Shown here: positions 35,599 through 44,241 of the stretch, in pieces
Layout: every line of letters starts with the position of its first letter
Position numbering within the stretch: position 1 is the stretch's first letter
Assembly: GCA_018303225.1 (NCBI GenBank)
Contig: JAGVYO010000021.1
Coordinates: 1 to 50,137 of the forward strand
From: Candidatus Woesearchaeota archaeon
GTDB taxonomy: Archaea > Nanobdellota > Nanobdellia > Woesearchaeales > JAGVYO01
Reading direction: 5' to 3'
DNA length: 50,137 nucleotides
Notes under the pieces: generated by a model
Databases searched by the model: none
What the model saw: only the letters and a program-made list of their open reading frames with translations
Told to the model about the DNA's origin: nothing
Made by a program: the position numbers and the translations under genes

Positions 35599-35931
35599 TT
35601 AACTATATTTAAGTGTTTTGCTTTTAGAATATGGAAACCGCATATAATTTCTGCAATGGATGCAGTAATAGACCAGCTTCCTGTTTCGGATGCGGACACG
35701 GCAGTTTTTTGAAGGCACCAGATAATGATGGCAATGCTTGCAGAATCTCTTTTTTAGCTCGGAAGGGATTTTGACTTTGTACTTCATCGCAATTCTCCGG
35801 GCCAGCTGGACGTAACGGTTTGATAGTTCGGGCCTGCTGCTGAAGCGCTTTTTGGCTTCGTCAAAGAGAATTTGGATCCGTCCTTTTGCAATGTCCTGAA
35901 AATAGGATTTCTTGATGCGAAGGCGTTTCAT
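35599..35931 (-). CDS. rnp4: RNase P protein component 4 (Rpr2/Rpp21 family).
   Basis: Contains RIQILFDEAKK...RYVQLARRIAMKYKV and the zinc ribbon CKHCHHYL...YYCIHCRNY. Confidence 0.8.
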   Translation of the reverse strand: MKRLRIKKSYFQDIAKGRIQILFDEAKKRFSSRPELSNRYVQLARRIAMKYKVKIPSELKKRFCKHCHHYLVPSKNCRVRIRNRKLVYYCIHCRNYMRFPYSKSKTLKYS

Positions 35932-35963
35932 ACCACCGATAAAGAAGGAAGTCTTTTAATAAT

Positions 35964-37184
35964 TTATCTGCTTCTTTCCAGCGCTTCAATCGCGGGCAGC
36001 TTTTTTCTTAGAAAATCAATGGAAGCGCCGCCGCCGGTGGAGGTAGGAATCTCCAAGTTCCCTTCATGGATGACCTCGACGGTCTCGCCGCCGCCGGCAA
36101 TCTTCGTCGCCGCTTTGTTGTCGGAGATGGCTTTGGCAATGGCCATGGTTCCCTTGCTGAAATCGCTTATCTCGAACACGCCCATGGCGCCGTTCCAGAA
36201 TATGGTTTTGGCCTGCGCAATTATTTTTTTGTGATTTTCAATGGTTTTCCTGCCAATGTCAAGACCGGTGTAACCAGGGGGTATTTCATCAGAAGGCACT
36301 TCCTTAACGTCCTTGTAGTCGTTTTTCCCCAGCTCATTGACTTTCTTTTCCTTATTCAGAATTTTTGCCACCCTGATATCTGACGGAAGGATCAGTTTTT
36401 TCCCGAATTTTTTCATGATTTCAGCCGCTTCGCCTATTTTTTCTTCATCAAGAAGGGAGTCCCCTATCTCAAAACCTTCTGCTTTGAAAAAGGTGAACGT
36501 CATGCCGCCTCCGAGCAGGACGCTATCGTATTTTTCGGCCAGCGCCTTTACGGCATCCAGCTTGTCCTCGATCTTGGCACCGCCCAATACGGCTACTGAA
36601 CTTTTTCCCGGATTCACAAACGGCTTCAAGGCATTGATTTCCTTCTCCACCAGGAAACCGGCTGCCGACGGGAGGAATTGGGTGATGTCATAGACTGAAG
36701 CGTGCTTCCGGTGGCAGGTGCCGAAGGCGTCGTTAACGTACACTCCCTCTTTTCCAACGGTGGCGGCTAATTCCCTAGCGAATGCTTTTCGTTCATCGTC
36801 ATCCTTGCTTTTTTCGCCTTCGTTGAAGCGCGTATTTTCCAGCAGGACAAACTTTTCATCCGGAATGTTTTGCAAATCGGCTACAAAGGCCACTTTTTTC
36901 CCCAGGAGCTCCTGGAATTTTTCAGCGACCGGCTGTAGGGTGAATTTGGCCTCCACTTCTTCCCTGGATTTTCCTTTTTTCAGCTCTTTCTCCGGCTTGC
37001 CCAGGTGGCTCATGCAAACAATTTTGGAAGCGCCCTGCTTATCGAGATAGTGCAAAGTAGGCAGAGCCGCAATGATTTTGGTGGCATCGGCTACCTTCCC
37101 TTTTGAAAGGGGGACGTTGAAATCCACCCGGACCAGCACCTTTTTTCCTTTGACAGAAAGCTGTTTTACGGTTTTGAATGGCAT
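35964..37184 (-). CDS. pgk: Phosphoglycerate kinase.
   Basis: Contains VLVRVDFNVPL, FLLENTRFNEGE, AHRKHAS-like CHRKHASV, and STGGGASIDFL. Confidence 0.9.
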   Translation of the reverse strand: MPFKTVKQLSVKGKKVLVRVDFNVPLSKGKVADATKIIAALPTLHYLDKQGASKIVCMSHLGKPEKELKKGKSREEVEAKFTLQPVAEKFQELLGKKVAFVADLQNIPDEKFVLLENTRFNEGEKSKDDDERKAFARELAATVGKEGVYVNDAFGTCHRKHASVYDITQFLPSAAGFLVEKEINALKPFVNPGKSSVAVLGGAKIEDKLDAVKALAEKYDSVLLGGGMTFTFFKAEGFEIGDSLLDEEKIGEAAEIMKKFGKKLILPSDIRVAKILNKEKKVNELGKNDYKDVKEVPSDEIPPGYTGLDIGRKTIENHKKIIAQAKTIFWNGAMGVFEISDFSKGTMAIAKAISDNKAATKIAGGGETVEVIHEGNLEIPTSTGGGASIDFLRKKLPAIEALERSR

Positions 37185-37324
37185 CGGACACTCCCCTCAC
37201 TAGCCTGGATATGGCAATATTTATATATAGTTATATTACTACCATATAGTAGGAATGATAAGAGACATGCGTAACCTAACGGATGAAAAGATTGCTGGTG
37301 TAGTTAACGGATCACAGAGAACCT

Positions 37325-38215
37325 ATGGTGCAGAGTACTATTAGATCTAAACAGGAAACGGACGAAATCCTGGCCATGTATCTGAACAAGGAGGATTTTA
37401 GGGGCGATAGAACCCTATTAGAAAATCTAGGAAACATCCTAAAAGAGGTGGTTGACAAATCCGTCCAGCATTTAACGGATGTGTTGGAAACAGATCCTGG
37501 AGAACATGCCCGCGTACAGGAGTTAAGCAATCTCTTAATATCCGTAAAAGGGAACCGGGATTCCAGTGTCTCGATACCTGCCGATATGCTAAGGTATATT
37601 GGACGAAGGGTCCTGTTGCTTGACGAAAGAAAAATGCAGTTTGGAAAAAAATATGTGACGTATATTTTAACCGAGCCCATAGCCGTATCCTACGAGGGAA
37701 GGAGATATACCCTACGCGAGTTAAAAGCCGGAAGAAATGCCTCCCCTGAGCAATTATCCATCTTAGACTGGCCCTTTTTTGTGCATTACTTTGCGATGCA
37801 GGAAAGATATCCGTCTGCATTGCAGAATCTTGGGGACATAAGCGTCATGAAGATTGTACACCGTTCCAAGACAGAACTCTACGATGCACTCAGGGATGGA
37901 AAACCGGTGGAGATGACCGTCGGGGAACTATTTTTAGTGGGAAAACAGTTTGTTGATGACCATATCAACGAAAACCAAGACATGTATTTGAAAGTGATTG
38001 CTCCCGGACAAAAAGAAGTAAATGGAAGACCGGACGCCACCAAAACAGAGATAGATTATCAGATGGCCCTGAACAGTGTCACAAAAAGAGATGGTTTTGA
38101 TTATAATAAAACCAAATTGATGGTAGAAGCCCGACCAAGATTAACCATCCAAGGGCAGCTTAACGTTTCAAGAGCTACTGGAGGCGGCTATAAATCCAGT
38201 CTAAGGGTTAGATAA
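37325..38215 (+). CDS. Hypothetical protein, 296 aa, with no recognisable domain.
   Basis: ORF track only. It is moderately AT-rich. Antisense ORFs in the same span are shorter and of low complexity. Confidence 0.45.
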   Translation: MVQSTIRSKQETDEILAMYLNKEDFRGDRTLLENLGNILKEVVDKSVQHLTDVLETDPGEHARVQELSNLLISVKGNRDSSVSIPADMLRYIGRRVLLLDERKMQFGKKYVTYILTEPIAVSYEGRRYTLRELKAGRNASPEQLSILDWPFFVHYFAMQERYPSALQNLGDISVMKIVHRSKTELYDALRDGKPVEMTVGELFLVGKQFVDDHINENQDMYLKVIAPGQKEVNGRPDATKTEIDYQMALNSVTKRDGFDYNKTKLMVEARPRLTIQGQLNVSRATGGGYKSSLRVR

Positions 38216-38219
38216 CTAT

Positions 38220-40190
38220 TTACAAGAATAATGGCAAGAAAACCAACGCTACAATGGACATCAATTTGATCAGGATATTCAATGACGGTCCCGAGGTATC
38301 CTTGAACGGATCGCCCACGGTGTCTCCAACGACGGCTGCCTTGTGCGAGTCCGAGCCCTTGCCGCCGAAATGGCCTTCTTCAATGTATTTCTTGGCGTTG
38401 TCCCAGGCACCGCCGGAATTGGCCATGAAGACAGCCAGCAAGAATCCGGTAGCGGTGGCACCGGCCAGCAAGCCGCCCAAGGCTTCCAGATTCCATATGC
38501 CTACGAGGATAGGAACAATGATCGCAATCAACGTCGGCGCAATCATCTCTTTCAGTGCAGCATGGGTGCTGATGGAGACGCATTTCTTGTAATCGGGTTT
38601 TGCCTTGCCCTGCATGAGGCCTTTGATCTGCTTGAATTGCCTTCTCACTTCGTTGACCATCTGATACGCAGCTTTTCCCACGGCCTTGATGGCGAACATG
38701 GAAAATAGGAAAGGCAACACCGCGCCGATAAACAGGCCCACGATAACCGAAGGGGTCGTAAGGTCAATAACCAGGACATTGCCTGTGACTTGTTTCGCAA
38801 GCTGGGTAAAGCTCGCAAACAAAGCTAATGCCGTCAATGCCGCAGAGCCAATGGCGAATCCTTTTCCGATGGCAGCGGTGGTATTTCCGATGGCATCCAA
38901 TGATTCAGCCCTTTTGCGCGTTTCTTTGCCCAAACCGGCCATTTCCGCAATGCCCGCTGCATTGTCCGCTACCGGACCATAGGTGTCAGTAGCTAACGTA
39001 ATGCCCAAGGTGGAGAGCATGCCGACAGCAGCAATGGCGACGCCGTACAGGCCGGCAAAATGATACGCGATGAGGATAGCGGCGCAGACGGCCAAGACCG
39101 GAATGACCGTAGATTGCATACCTACAGCAAGGCCGTGGATAATGGTGGTAGCTGCGCCTGTCTGAGAGGCTTCTGCAATGGATCGGGTAGGTTTTCTGTC
39201 TGCGCTGGTGTAATATTCAGTAGAGAGGCCAATGATAATGCCCGATACCAAACCTGCCAAGGTAGCGTAAAAAACACCGATGGGTGCGCCCAGCATCCCA
39301 ATGATGAAATAGGAGGCAATGGCCGTCAGGATAGAAGCTGCAAAAATGCCTTTGTTCAGCGCGGTTTCAAGTTTTTGTTTTTTTCCGACCCGCACGAAAA
39401 AAGTTCCAAGGATGGAAGCTATGATGCCCACCGCCGACAAGGCCAGGGGCAATAATACTGATTTTTCGGTGGAGACAAAGGTAACTGTCAAACCAATCAC
39501 CATCGCAGCGATGATGGAATCCACGTAGCTTTCGAACAAGTCCGCGCCCATGCCGGCTACGTCGCCTACGTTGTCACCCACGTTGTCTGCGATGACTGCC
39601 GGATTTCTTGGGTCGTCTTCGGGAATGCCTTTTTCGACTTTGCCCACTAAATCTGCGCCCACATCCGCTGCTTTGGTGTAGATGCCGCCGCCGACCCTTG
39701 CGAATAAGGCAATGGAAGAAGCTCCGAAACCGAAGCCGAAGATAATGTTTGGATCGTTAAAAAGCCAGTAGAGGACCGTCACGCCCATCAATCCCAATCC
39801 TACTACGGTCAATCCCATCACTGCGCCGCTGGAGAACGCCACTTTCAAGCCATCGTTGATGCTTTTCTGGGCCGCTGTGGCAGTTCTCGAATTGGACTTG
39901 GTGGCAATGCGCATACCGATGTTGCCGGCCAATGCCGACAAGACGCCGCCGAAAATAAAGGAGACGGCAATTTTCCATCCAATGAGCGTGTAAAGAACGA
40001 TGGTTACGACAACCATGAAGATGGCCAGGATGCGGTATTCCTTGTACAGGAACGCCATGGCACCCTCGCGGATGGCACCGGCAATTTCTTTTACTTTGTC
40101 AGAGCCTTCCGGCTTCTTCAGGATGTTTTTAGCTACTCCAAATGCAAACAGCAAAGAAACAATGCTGACCCCCAGTATCCATCCTAACAT
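38220..40190 (-). CDS. hppA: Membrane-bound proton/sodium-translocating pyrophosphatase.
   Basis: 656 aa with about 15 TM segments. Contains [40 protein letters not shown] and [17 protein letters not shown]. Confidence 0.95.
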   Translation of the reverse strand: MLGWILGVSIVSLLFAFGVAKNILKKPEGSDKVKEIAGAIREGAMAFLYKEYRILAIFMVVVTIVLYTLIGWKIAVSFIFGGVLSALAGNIGMRIATKSNSRTATAAQKSINDGLKVAFSSGAVMGLTVVGLGLMGVTVLYWLFNDPNIIFGFGFGASSIALFARVGGGIYTKAADVGADLVGKVEKGIPEDDPRNPAVIADNVGDNVGDVAGMGADLFESYVDSIIAAMVIGLTVTFVSTEKSVLLPLALSAVGIIASILGTFFVRVGKKQKLETALNKGIFAASILTAIASYFIIGMLGAPIGVFYATLAGLVSGIIIGLSTEYYTSADRKPTRSIAEASQTGAATTIIHGLAVGMQSTVIPVLAVCAAILIAYHFAGLYGVAIAAVGMLSTLGITLATDTYGPVADNAAGIAEMAGLGKETRKRAESLDAIGNTTAAIGKGFAIGSAALTALALFASFTQLAKQVTGNVLVIDLTTPSVIVGLFIGAVLPFLFSMFAIKAVGKAAYQMVNEVRRQFKQIKGLMQGKAKPDYKKCVSISTHAALKEMIAPTLIAIIVPILVGIWNLEALGGLLAGATATGFLLAVFMANSGGAWDNAKKYIEEGHFGGKGSDSHKAAVVGDTVGDPFKDTSGPSLNILIKLMSIVALVFLPLFL

Positions 40191-40357
40191 ATTTTTATAA
40201 ACCTCTTAATGTTTGAAACGGATGGAAAAAGAACCCCTATAAAAAGATATCGGAATTTGAAAAATTTTATTTTTCCTAAGGTTTGGAGAAAAGAAGAATC
40301 CATATTAGCCACAATTGAGAAAAATCCCATTGCTAGGAAAGGAAGGCGGATTAGGCT

Positions 40358-41581
40358 CTATCCTTTCACAACGCTGTAAAGTACCAGTGGCGTTTCTTTA
40401 AGTTCTGGAATGCGCCCCATATCAACAGTAAGATAAGCATCCCTAATGATCTGACCTGCAAAACCATGTGCCAGTTCGACTCTTTTCCCCCGCCAAGAGG
40501 TATCTTCTTGCTTACCCCTAAAATTGAGAGCTTCGCGGCTAAATGGACTCATTTTTATTCTTTCTCCATTTGGTTTAACGATATGAGCTGCTTGAGCAAA
40601 AGATTCCGCTTCTTTTGTGGTATACTTAACAATTTTTCCAATAGCATAGCCATTTTGCCTAAGCCTCCCCAAGAAACCAGCAGGAATTCTGGCAGTCATT
40701 ATATTTGTGGTTTCATCCTCATAGCATTTAACACCTAAATCTCCAAGTACTGTTCTAACCCCCTCAACTCCATCCGCTTTAAAGTATATATCCACATGGC
40801 GCGGTATTTCGGCTCTGGCAAATTGTTCTCTCGTTCCCTGTTGCTCTAAATAAAACTGTCTTTGCTCATGCGCTGCTTTAACAAGCAGGTCTAATTGCTT
40901 GGGAGTTATTGATTGTCTTCCATCTGTCCTAGCCATAATGGGATCGTGGTGCACTTCCACTATGAGACCGTCTACTCCTGTTGCAACTGCCCCCATCGTA
41001 ATCCCATAAACGTATTCACGTTTTCCACTGATATGGCTTGGATCAAAAATAATTTGGTAAGGTGTGTTATTAACCAGTTCTACGAGAGTGGTTATGTCTT
41101 GACCATTCCTTGCAATATCTATCTCATTATTTTTTCCTCTGGCACAAAGCATAACTCTATCTTCTTTCCCCACCTTACCAGCAGAACCCAACCATTCTTT
41201 TAAAGTAGTATTCATCCCATTTTTCAAAAGAACCTGGACTTCTGCTTTACCTAATTCAAAAAGTAAAGATTGATTCTGTGCATTTCGTGCACCAACTTGG
41301 TATAAGTCTACACCATGTTCCTGGAACATAGGTATATCCCGAGCATCCATGATTTCAGTTACTATTTTTAGCTCGTATTCATCTCCTATTTTTCGCATCC
41401 ATCCTAAAGCTTTTTCACCATGCCCTACCCATTCTCCTGCTTTTGTTCTTGGTTTGAATGCTCCCCCTCGCAGGTAATCCGCACCAACTGATTTTACCAC
41501 TTCAGTTGTCCTTCTTAATTGGTCTTCACTCTCAATAGAACAAGGACCTGCCATAACAATTAAATCAGATTTATCGCTCAT
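40358..41581 (-). CDS. Divergent DAHP synthase / KDO8P synthase family (type I-beta-like) aldolase fused to a ~140-aa C-terminal domain of unknown function.
   Basis: Contains [32 protein letters not shown] and VEVHHDP..TDG, so the metal and PEP ligand positions are retained. It deviates from the canonical KPRTSPYSFQG (here [13 protein letters not shown]). Residues about 265-407 have no recognisable motif. It is strongly AT-rich: one 60-nt sample counted by hand is 19/60 GC. Confidence 0.65.
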   Translation of the reverse strand: MSDKSDLIVMAGPCSIESEDQLRRTTEVVKSVGADYLRGGAFKPRTKAGEWVGHGEKALGWMRKIGDEYELKIVTEIMDARDIPMFQEHGVDLYQVGARNAQNQSLLFELGKAEVQVLLKNGMNTTLKEWLGSAGKVGKEDRVMLCARGKNNEIDIARNGQDITTLVELVNNTPYQIIFDPSHISGKREYVYGITMGAVATGVDGLIVEVHHDPIMARTDGRQSITPKQLDLLVKAAHEQRQFYLEQQGTREQFARAEIPRHVDIYFKADGVEGVRTVLGDLGVKCYEDETTNIMTARIPAGFLGRLRQNGYAIGKIVKYTTKEAESFAQAAHIVKPNGERIKMSPFSREALNFRGKQEDTSWRGKRVELAHGFAGQIIRDAYLTVDMGRIPELKETPLVLYSVVKG

Positions 41582-41673
41582 TTTATGCTCGAGAATAGTT
41601 ATCTTTATATAAATATTTGTATGTGTTACTACTATTTAGAAAAGAGTTCTGTTTTAAGAGAAAGTTTTGAAAC

Positions 41674-41796
41674 TTAACGCAACATCCCAAACAATTTCAC
41701 CAAGAAGATGATTGCTCCAGCAAGAACAACTATCTTTACCCCCAACACCCACCACCAGAATCTCTTCGCGATTATCTTACGGGCTTTGTGCTTCAT
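41674..41796 (-). CDS. Small ORF (40 aa, MKHKARKIIAKRFWWWVLGVKIVVLAGAIIFLVKLFGMLR) between atpD and the DAHP-synthase-like gene.
   Basis: Hand translation. Three consecutive TGG codons lie at 41757-41749. AGGAA lies just upstream of the ATG. It is below the ORF-track length cut-off. Confidence 0.35.
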   Translation of the reverse strand: MKHKARKIIAKRFWWWVLGVKIVVLAGAIIFLVKLFGMLR

Positions 41797-41837
41797 TTCC
41801 TGAAGAAATAGGTAAGGATGCCCTAATAAATGTACCG

Positions 41838-42464
41838 CTACGCCTGCGCCAGCTTCTTCTTGATGTGCTTCAGGCCGAAGATGCTTTCTCGTTCCATCTC
41901 TTCCAGACGGAGGCGGATGAAGGAGCGCAGCTTCTCCATCTTAGGGATTAGGGAGAATTCCAGCGCGTTCACGCGCCTTTTTGTCTGCTCGATCTCAGCC
42001 AGCACCTTGCGCATGGACGTCTCGACTTCGGCCGCCAGAAGGATTTTCTCCACGACTTTCTCGTAGGCTTCGGCAGCCTCCTGCACCGCGATGGAGTTGA
42101 ACAATCCAAACCCGCGCTCGGTATAGGCCTTCTGCAATGAAGGGGATTCGATTTTCGGAACCACAACGCCCATGATGTTCTTGGTCTTCAGTTCAACAAC
42201 AGGAATCTTGCTGATCGCCAATGCCAGCGAAGAGATGGCCAGGTCGGATTCCCGCAGCCGTGCCATGTTCAGCTTCTGCTGCGCCAGTTTGAACTCAGCC
42301 ACCAGTTCGGAGCGAAGCGTCTTGACTTTCTTCAGGATCTCGAAGAATTCCAGGATTAAGCCGTCACGCTTCTTCTTCAGCAGGCTGTGGCCGGATTTGG
42401 CCAACTTGATCTGCTTCTTCAGCTTCATCAGTTCCGATCTTGTTGGTTTGACGTTGAGGGCCAT
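41838..42464 (-). CDS. atpD: A/V-type ATP synthase subunit D.
   Basis: 208 aa. Contains MALNVKPTRSELMKLKKQIKLAKSGHSLLKKKRDGL..., the typical subunit D N-terminus. It is the last gene of the atp cluster. Confidence 0.9.
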   Translation of the reverse strand: MALNVKPTRSELMKLKKQIKLAKSGHSLLKKKRDGLILEFFEILKKVKTLRSELVAEFKLAQQKLNMARLRESDLAISSLALAISKIPVVELKTKNIMGVVVPKIESPSLQKAYTERGFGLFNSIAVQEAAEAYEKVVEKILLAAEVETSMRKVLAEIEQTKRRVNALEFSLIPKMEKLRSFIRLRLEEMERESIFGLKHIKKKLAQA

Positions 42465-42539
42465 TTTTTATGCAGCTATCGTTTGTTTTTTTCTTGGGCT
42501 CTCCTTGGAGACCGTTAACTTAAAGGGGTTTTTACCTGC

Positions 42540-42715
42540 ACGCCATTGACGGCCGCTGTCAGACATGCTCCGCATGTCCTCGCTCGCCACCCCGTAAGGG
42601 ACATCCCCAGCCTCGCCAGCGCCGTCGTGGCGTGCGGCGAGCCGAGGGACGGCTCCTACGGAGTGGCGAGCAGGTTTTGCGGAACAAAACCGACGCACCG
42701 CCGTAGACGGCGCTT
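42540..42715. ncRNA. GC-rich, highly structured element in the atpB-atpD spacer, of unknown nature.
   Basis: Hairpins are GACATGCtccGCATGTC (42562-42578), a long hairpin GCTCGCCACCCCGTA (42582-42596)/TACGGAGTGGCGAGC (42657-42671) with nested CTCGCC/GGCGAG and CGCC/GGCG, GGTTTTG/CAAAACC (42673-42691), and CGCCGTagACGGCG (42699-42712). Confidence 0.4.
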
Positions 42716-42729
42716 CATAACGCTGAAGT

Positions 42730-44130
42730 TTAGGGTTTCACTTCCTTGGTTTCAACGGATTGACCTTTGTATTTGTGGTATTTCTTCTTCATGTCCGGGC
42801 TGATGCGTCCCAGTTCGTTCTCAGGGATGTCGCCCAGAAGATCCCAGCCCAAATCCAGGGTTCCGACAATGCTCCGGTCGTCGCTCTTTCCCTGGGTCAC
42901 AAAGCGGCTCTCGAAGGCGGCTGCGAAATCCAGAAATCGCTTGTCCCTTGCGGACAGCGCTTCTTCGCCGACAATAGCCACCAATCCGCGCAAATCACGG
43001 CCTTCGGCATAGTTGGCATACAATTGATCCGAGACCTGCTTGTGATCTTCTCTCGTACGTTTTCTGCCGATGCCCAGGTTCATCAATCTGGATAACGAGG
43101 GCAGCACGTCAATCGGCGGGTAGATGTTTTTTCCGTGCAGTTCACGGCTCAATACAATCTGCCCTTCGGTGATATAACCCGTCAAGTCTGGAATCGGGTG
43201 CGTGATGTCGTCGCCAATCATGGTCAGGATGGGCAATTGCGTAATTGAACCTTTCTTGCCTTTGATTATGCCGGCTCTTTCATAAATAGTAGCCAAATCC
43301 GTGTACATGTATCCCGGATATCCCCTACGGCCTGGAATCTCTTCCCGTGCCGCACCAATCTCCCGCAATGATTCGCAGTAGTTGGTCATGTCGGTCAAGA
43401 TGACGAGCACGTGCATGTCTTTCTCGAACGCAAGATATTCAGCTGCGGTCAATGCCATTCTGGGAGTAATCAGCCGTTCAACCGCCGGGTCGTCTGCCAG
43501 ATTGAGGAACACTATAGATCGTTCCAAGGCTCCTGTCCGTTCGAAATCACGCATGAAATACTGCGCCTCTTCGTTGGTGATGCCCATGCCCGCAAACACG
43601 ATGGCGAAGCTCTCTTCCGCCCCAGTGACTTTTGCCTGCCGCGCAATCTGCAGCGCAATCTCGTTGTGCGGCAATCCCGAACCGGAGAATATAGGCAGTT
43701 TCTGCCCTCTGACCAGAGTGTTCATGGCGTCAATGGTAGAGACCCCGGTCTGGATAAAATCAGCAGGCGATCCTCTTGAGTAGGGATTGATGGCAGCTCC
43801 GCCGATGTCCACTTTCTTATCCGGAACAATCTCCGGGCCGTTGTCAATCGGTTTTCCGGCGCCGCTCAATACGCGGCCCAGCATGTCTTTGGAAACGCCG
43901 AGCTTGATGGTAGAGCCCAAAAAGGTGACCCTGGTTTCGCGGTCAATGCCCGAGGTGCCTTCGAACACCTGCACTACGACCATATCCTCGGAGGTGTCCA
44001 GCACCTGGCCGTTCTTGGTGCTTCCGTCCGGCAGCCGGATGCGCACCAGATCGCCATAGCCCACGGCGTCTGTCTTTTCTACGAAAACCAAGGGGCCGGC
44101 TACTCTTGTTATGGTTTTATACTCCTTCAT
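42730..44130 (-). CDS. atpB: A/V-type ATP synthase subunit B.
   Basis: Contains [19 protein letters not shown]...[14 protein letters not shown]...[20 protein letters not shown] 44130 is preferred because of the GGGGGTG upstream. The ORF-track start at 44193 extends into the spacer. Confidence 0.9.
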   Translation of the reverse strand: MKEYKTITRVAGPLVFVEKTDAVGYGDLVRIRLPDGSTKNGQVLDTSEDMVVVQVFEGTSGIDRETRVTFLGSTIKLGVSKDMLGRVLSGAGKPIDNGPEIVPDKKVDIGGAAINPYSRGSPADFIQTGVSTIDAMNTLVRGQKLPIFSGSGLPHNEIALQIARQAKVTGAEESFAIVFAGMGITNEEAQYFMRDFERTGALERSIVFLNLADDPAVERLITPRMALTAAEYLAFEKDMHVLVILTDMTNYCESLREIGAAREEIPGRRGYPGYMYTDLATIYERAGIIKGKKGSITQLPILTMIGDDITHPIPDLTGYITEGQIVLSRELHGKNIYPPIDVLPSLSRLMNLGIGRKRTREDHKQVSDQLYANYAEGRDLRGLVAIVGEEALSARDKRFLDFAAAFESRFVTQGKSDDRSIVGTLDLGWDLLGDIPENELGRISPDMKKKYHKYKGQSVETKEVKP

Positions 44131-44234
44131 AAAAACACCCCCTGTTTTTATGAAGCTCAGAAATCTCTGATTTCTGTTGTCCTGAAAAATCACCTCGTGA
44201 TTTTTGGGACACAGAAAAATTCTTTGAATTTTTC
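44125..44234. repeat. Four consecutive perfect hairpins in the atpA-atpB spacer. The first contains the atpB start codon.
   Basis: The hairpins are CTTCATAAAAACA-ccccc-TGTTTTTATGAAG (44125-44155, 13 bp), AGAAATC-tct-GATTTCT (44159-44175), AAAAATCAC-ctc-GTGATTTTT (44185-44205), and GAAAAATTC-ttt-GAATTTTTC (44214-44234). Confidence 0.75.
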
Positions 44235-44241
44235 ACGTGTT

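Noticed and set aside
42468-42698. A 76-aa minus-strand ORF in the atpB-atpD spacer.
   Set aside because: It has an Arg/Ala/Gly-rich composition driven by the GC-rich palindromic sequence and has no start context. It is better explained as a structured non-coding element.
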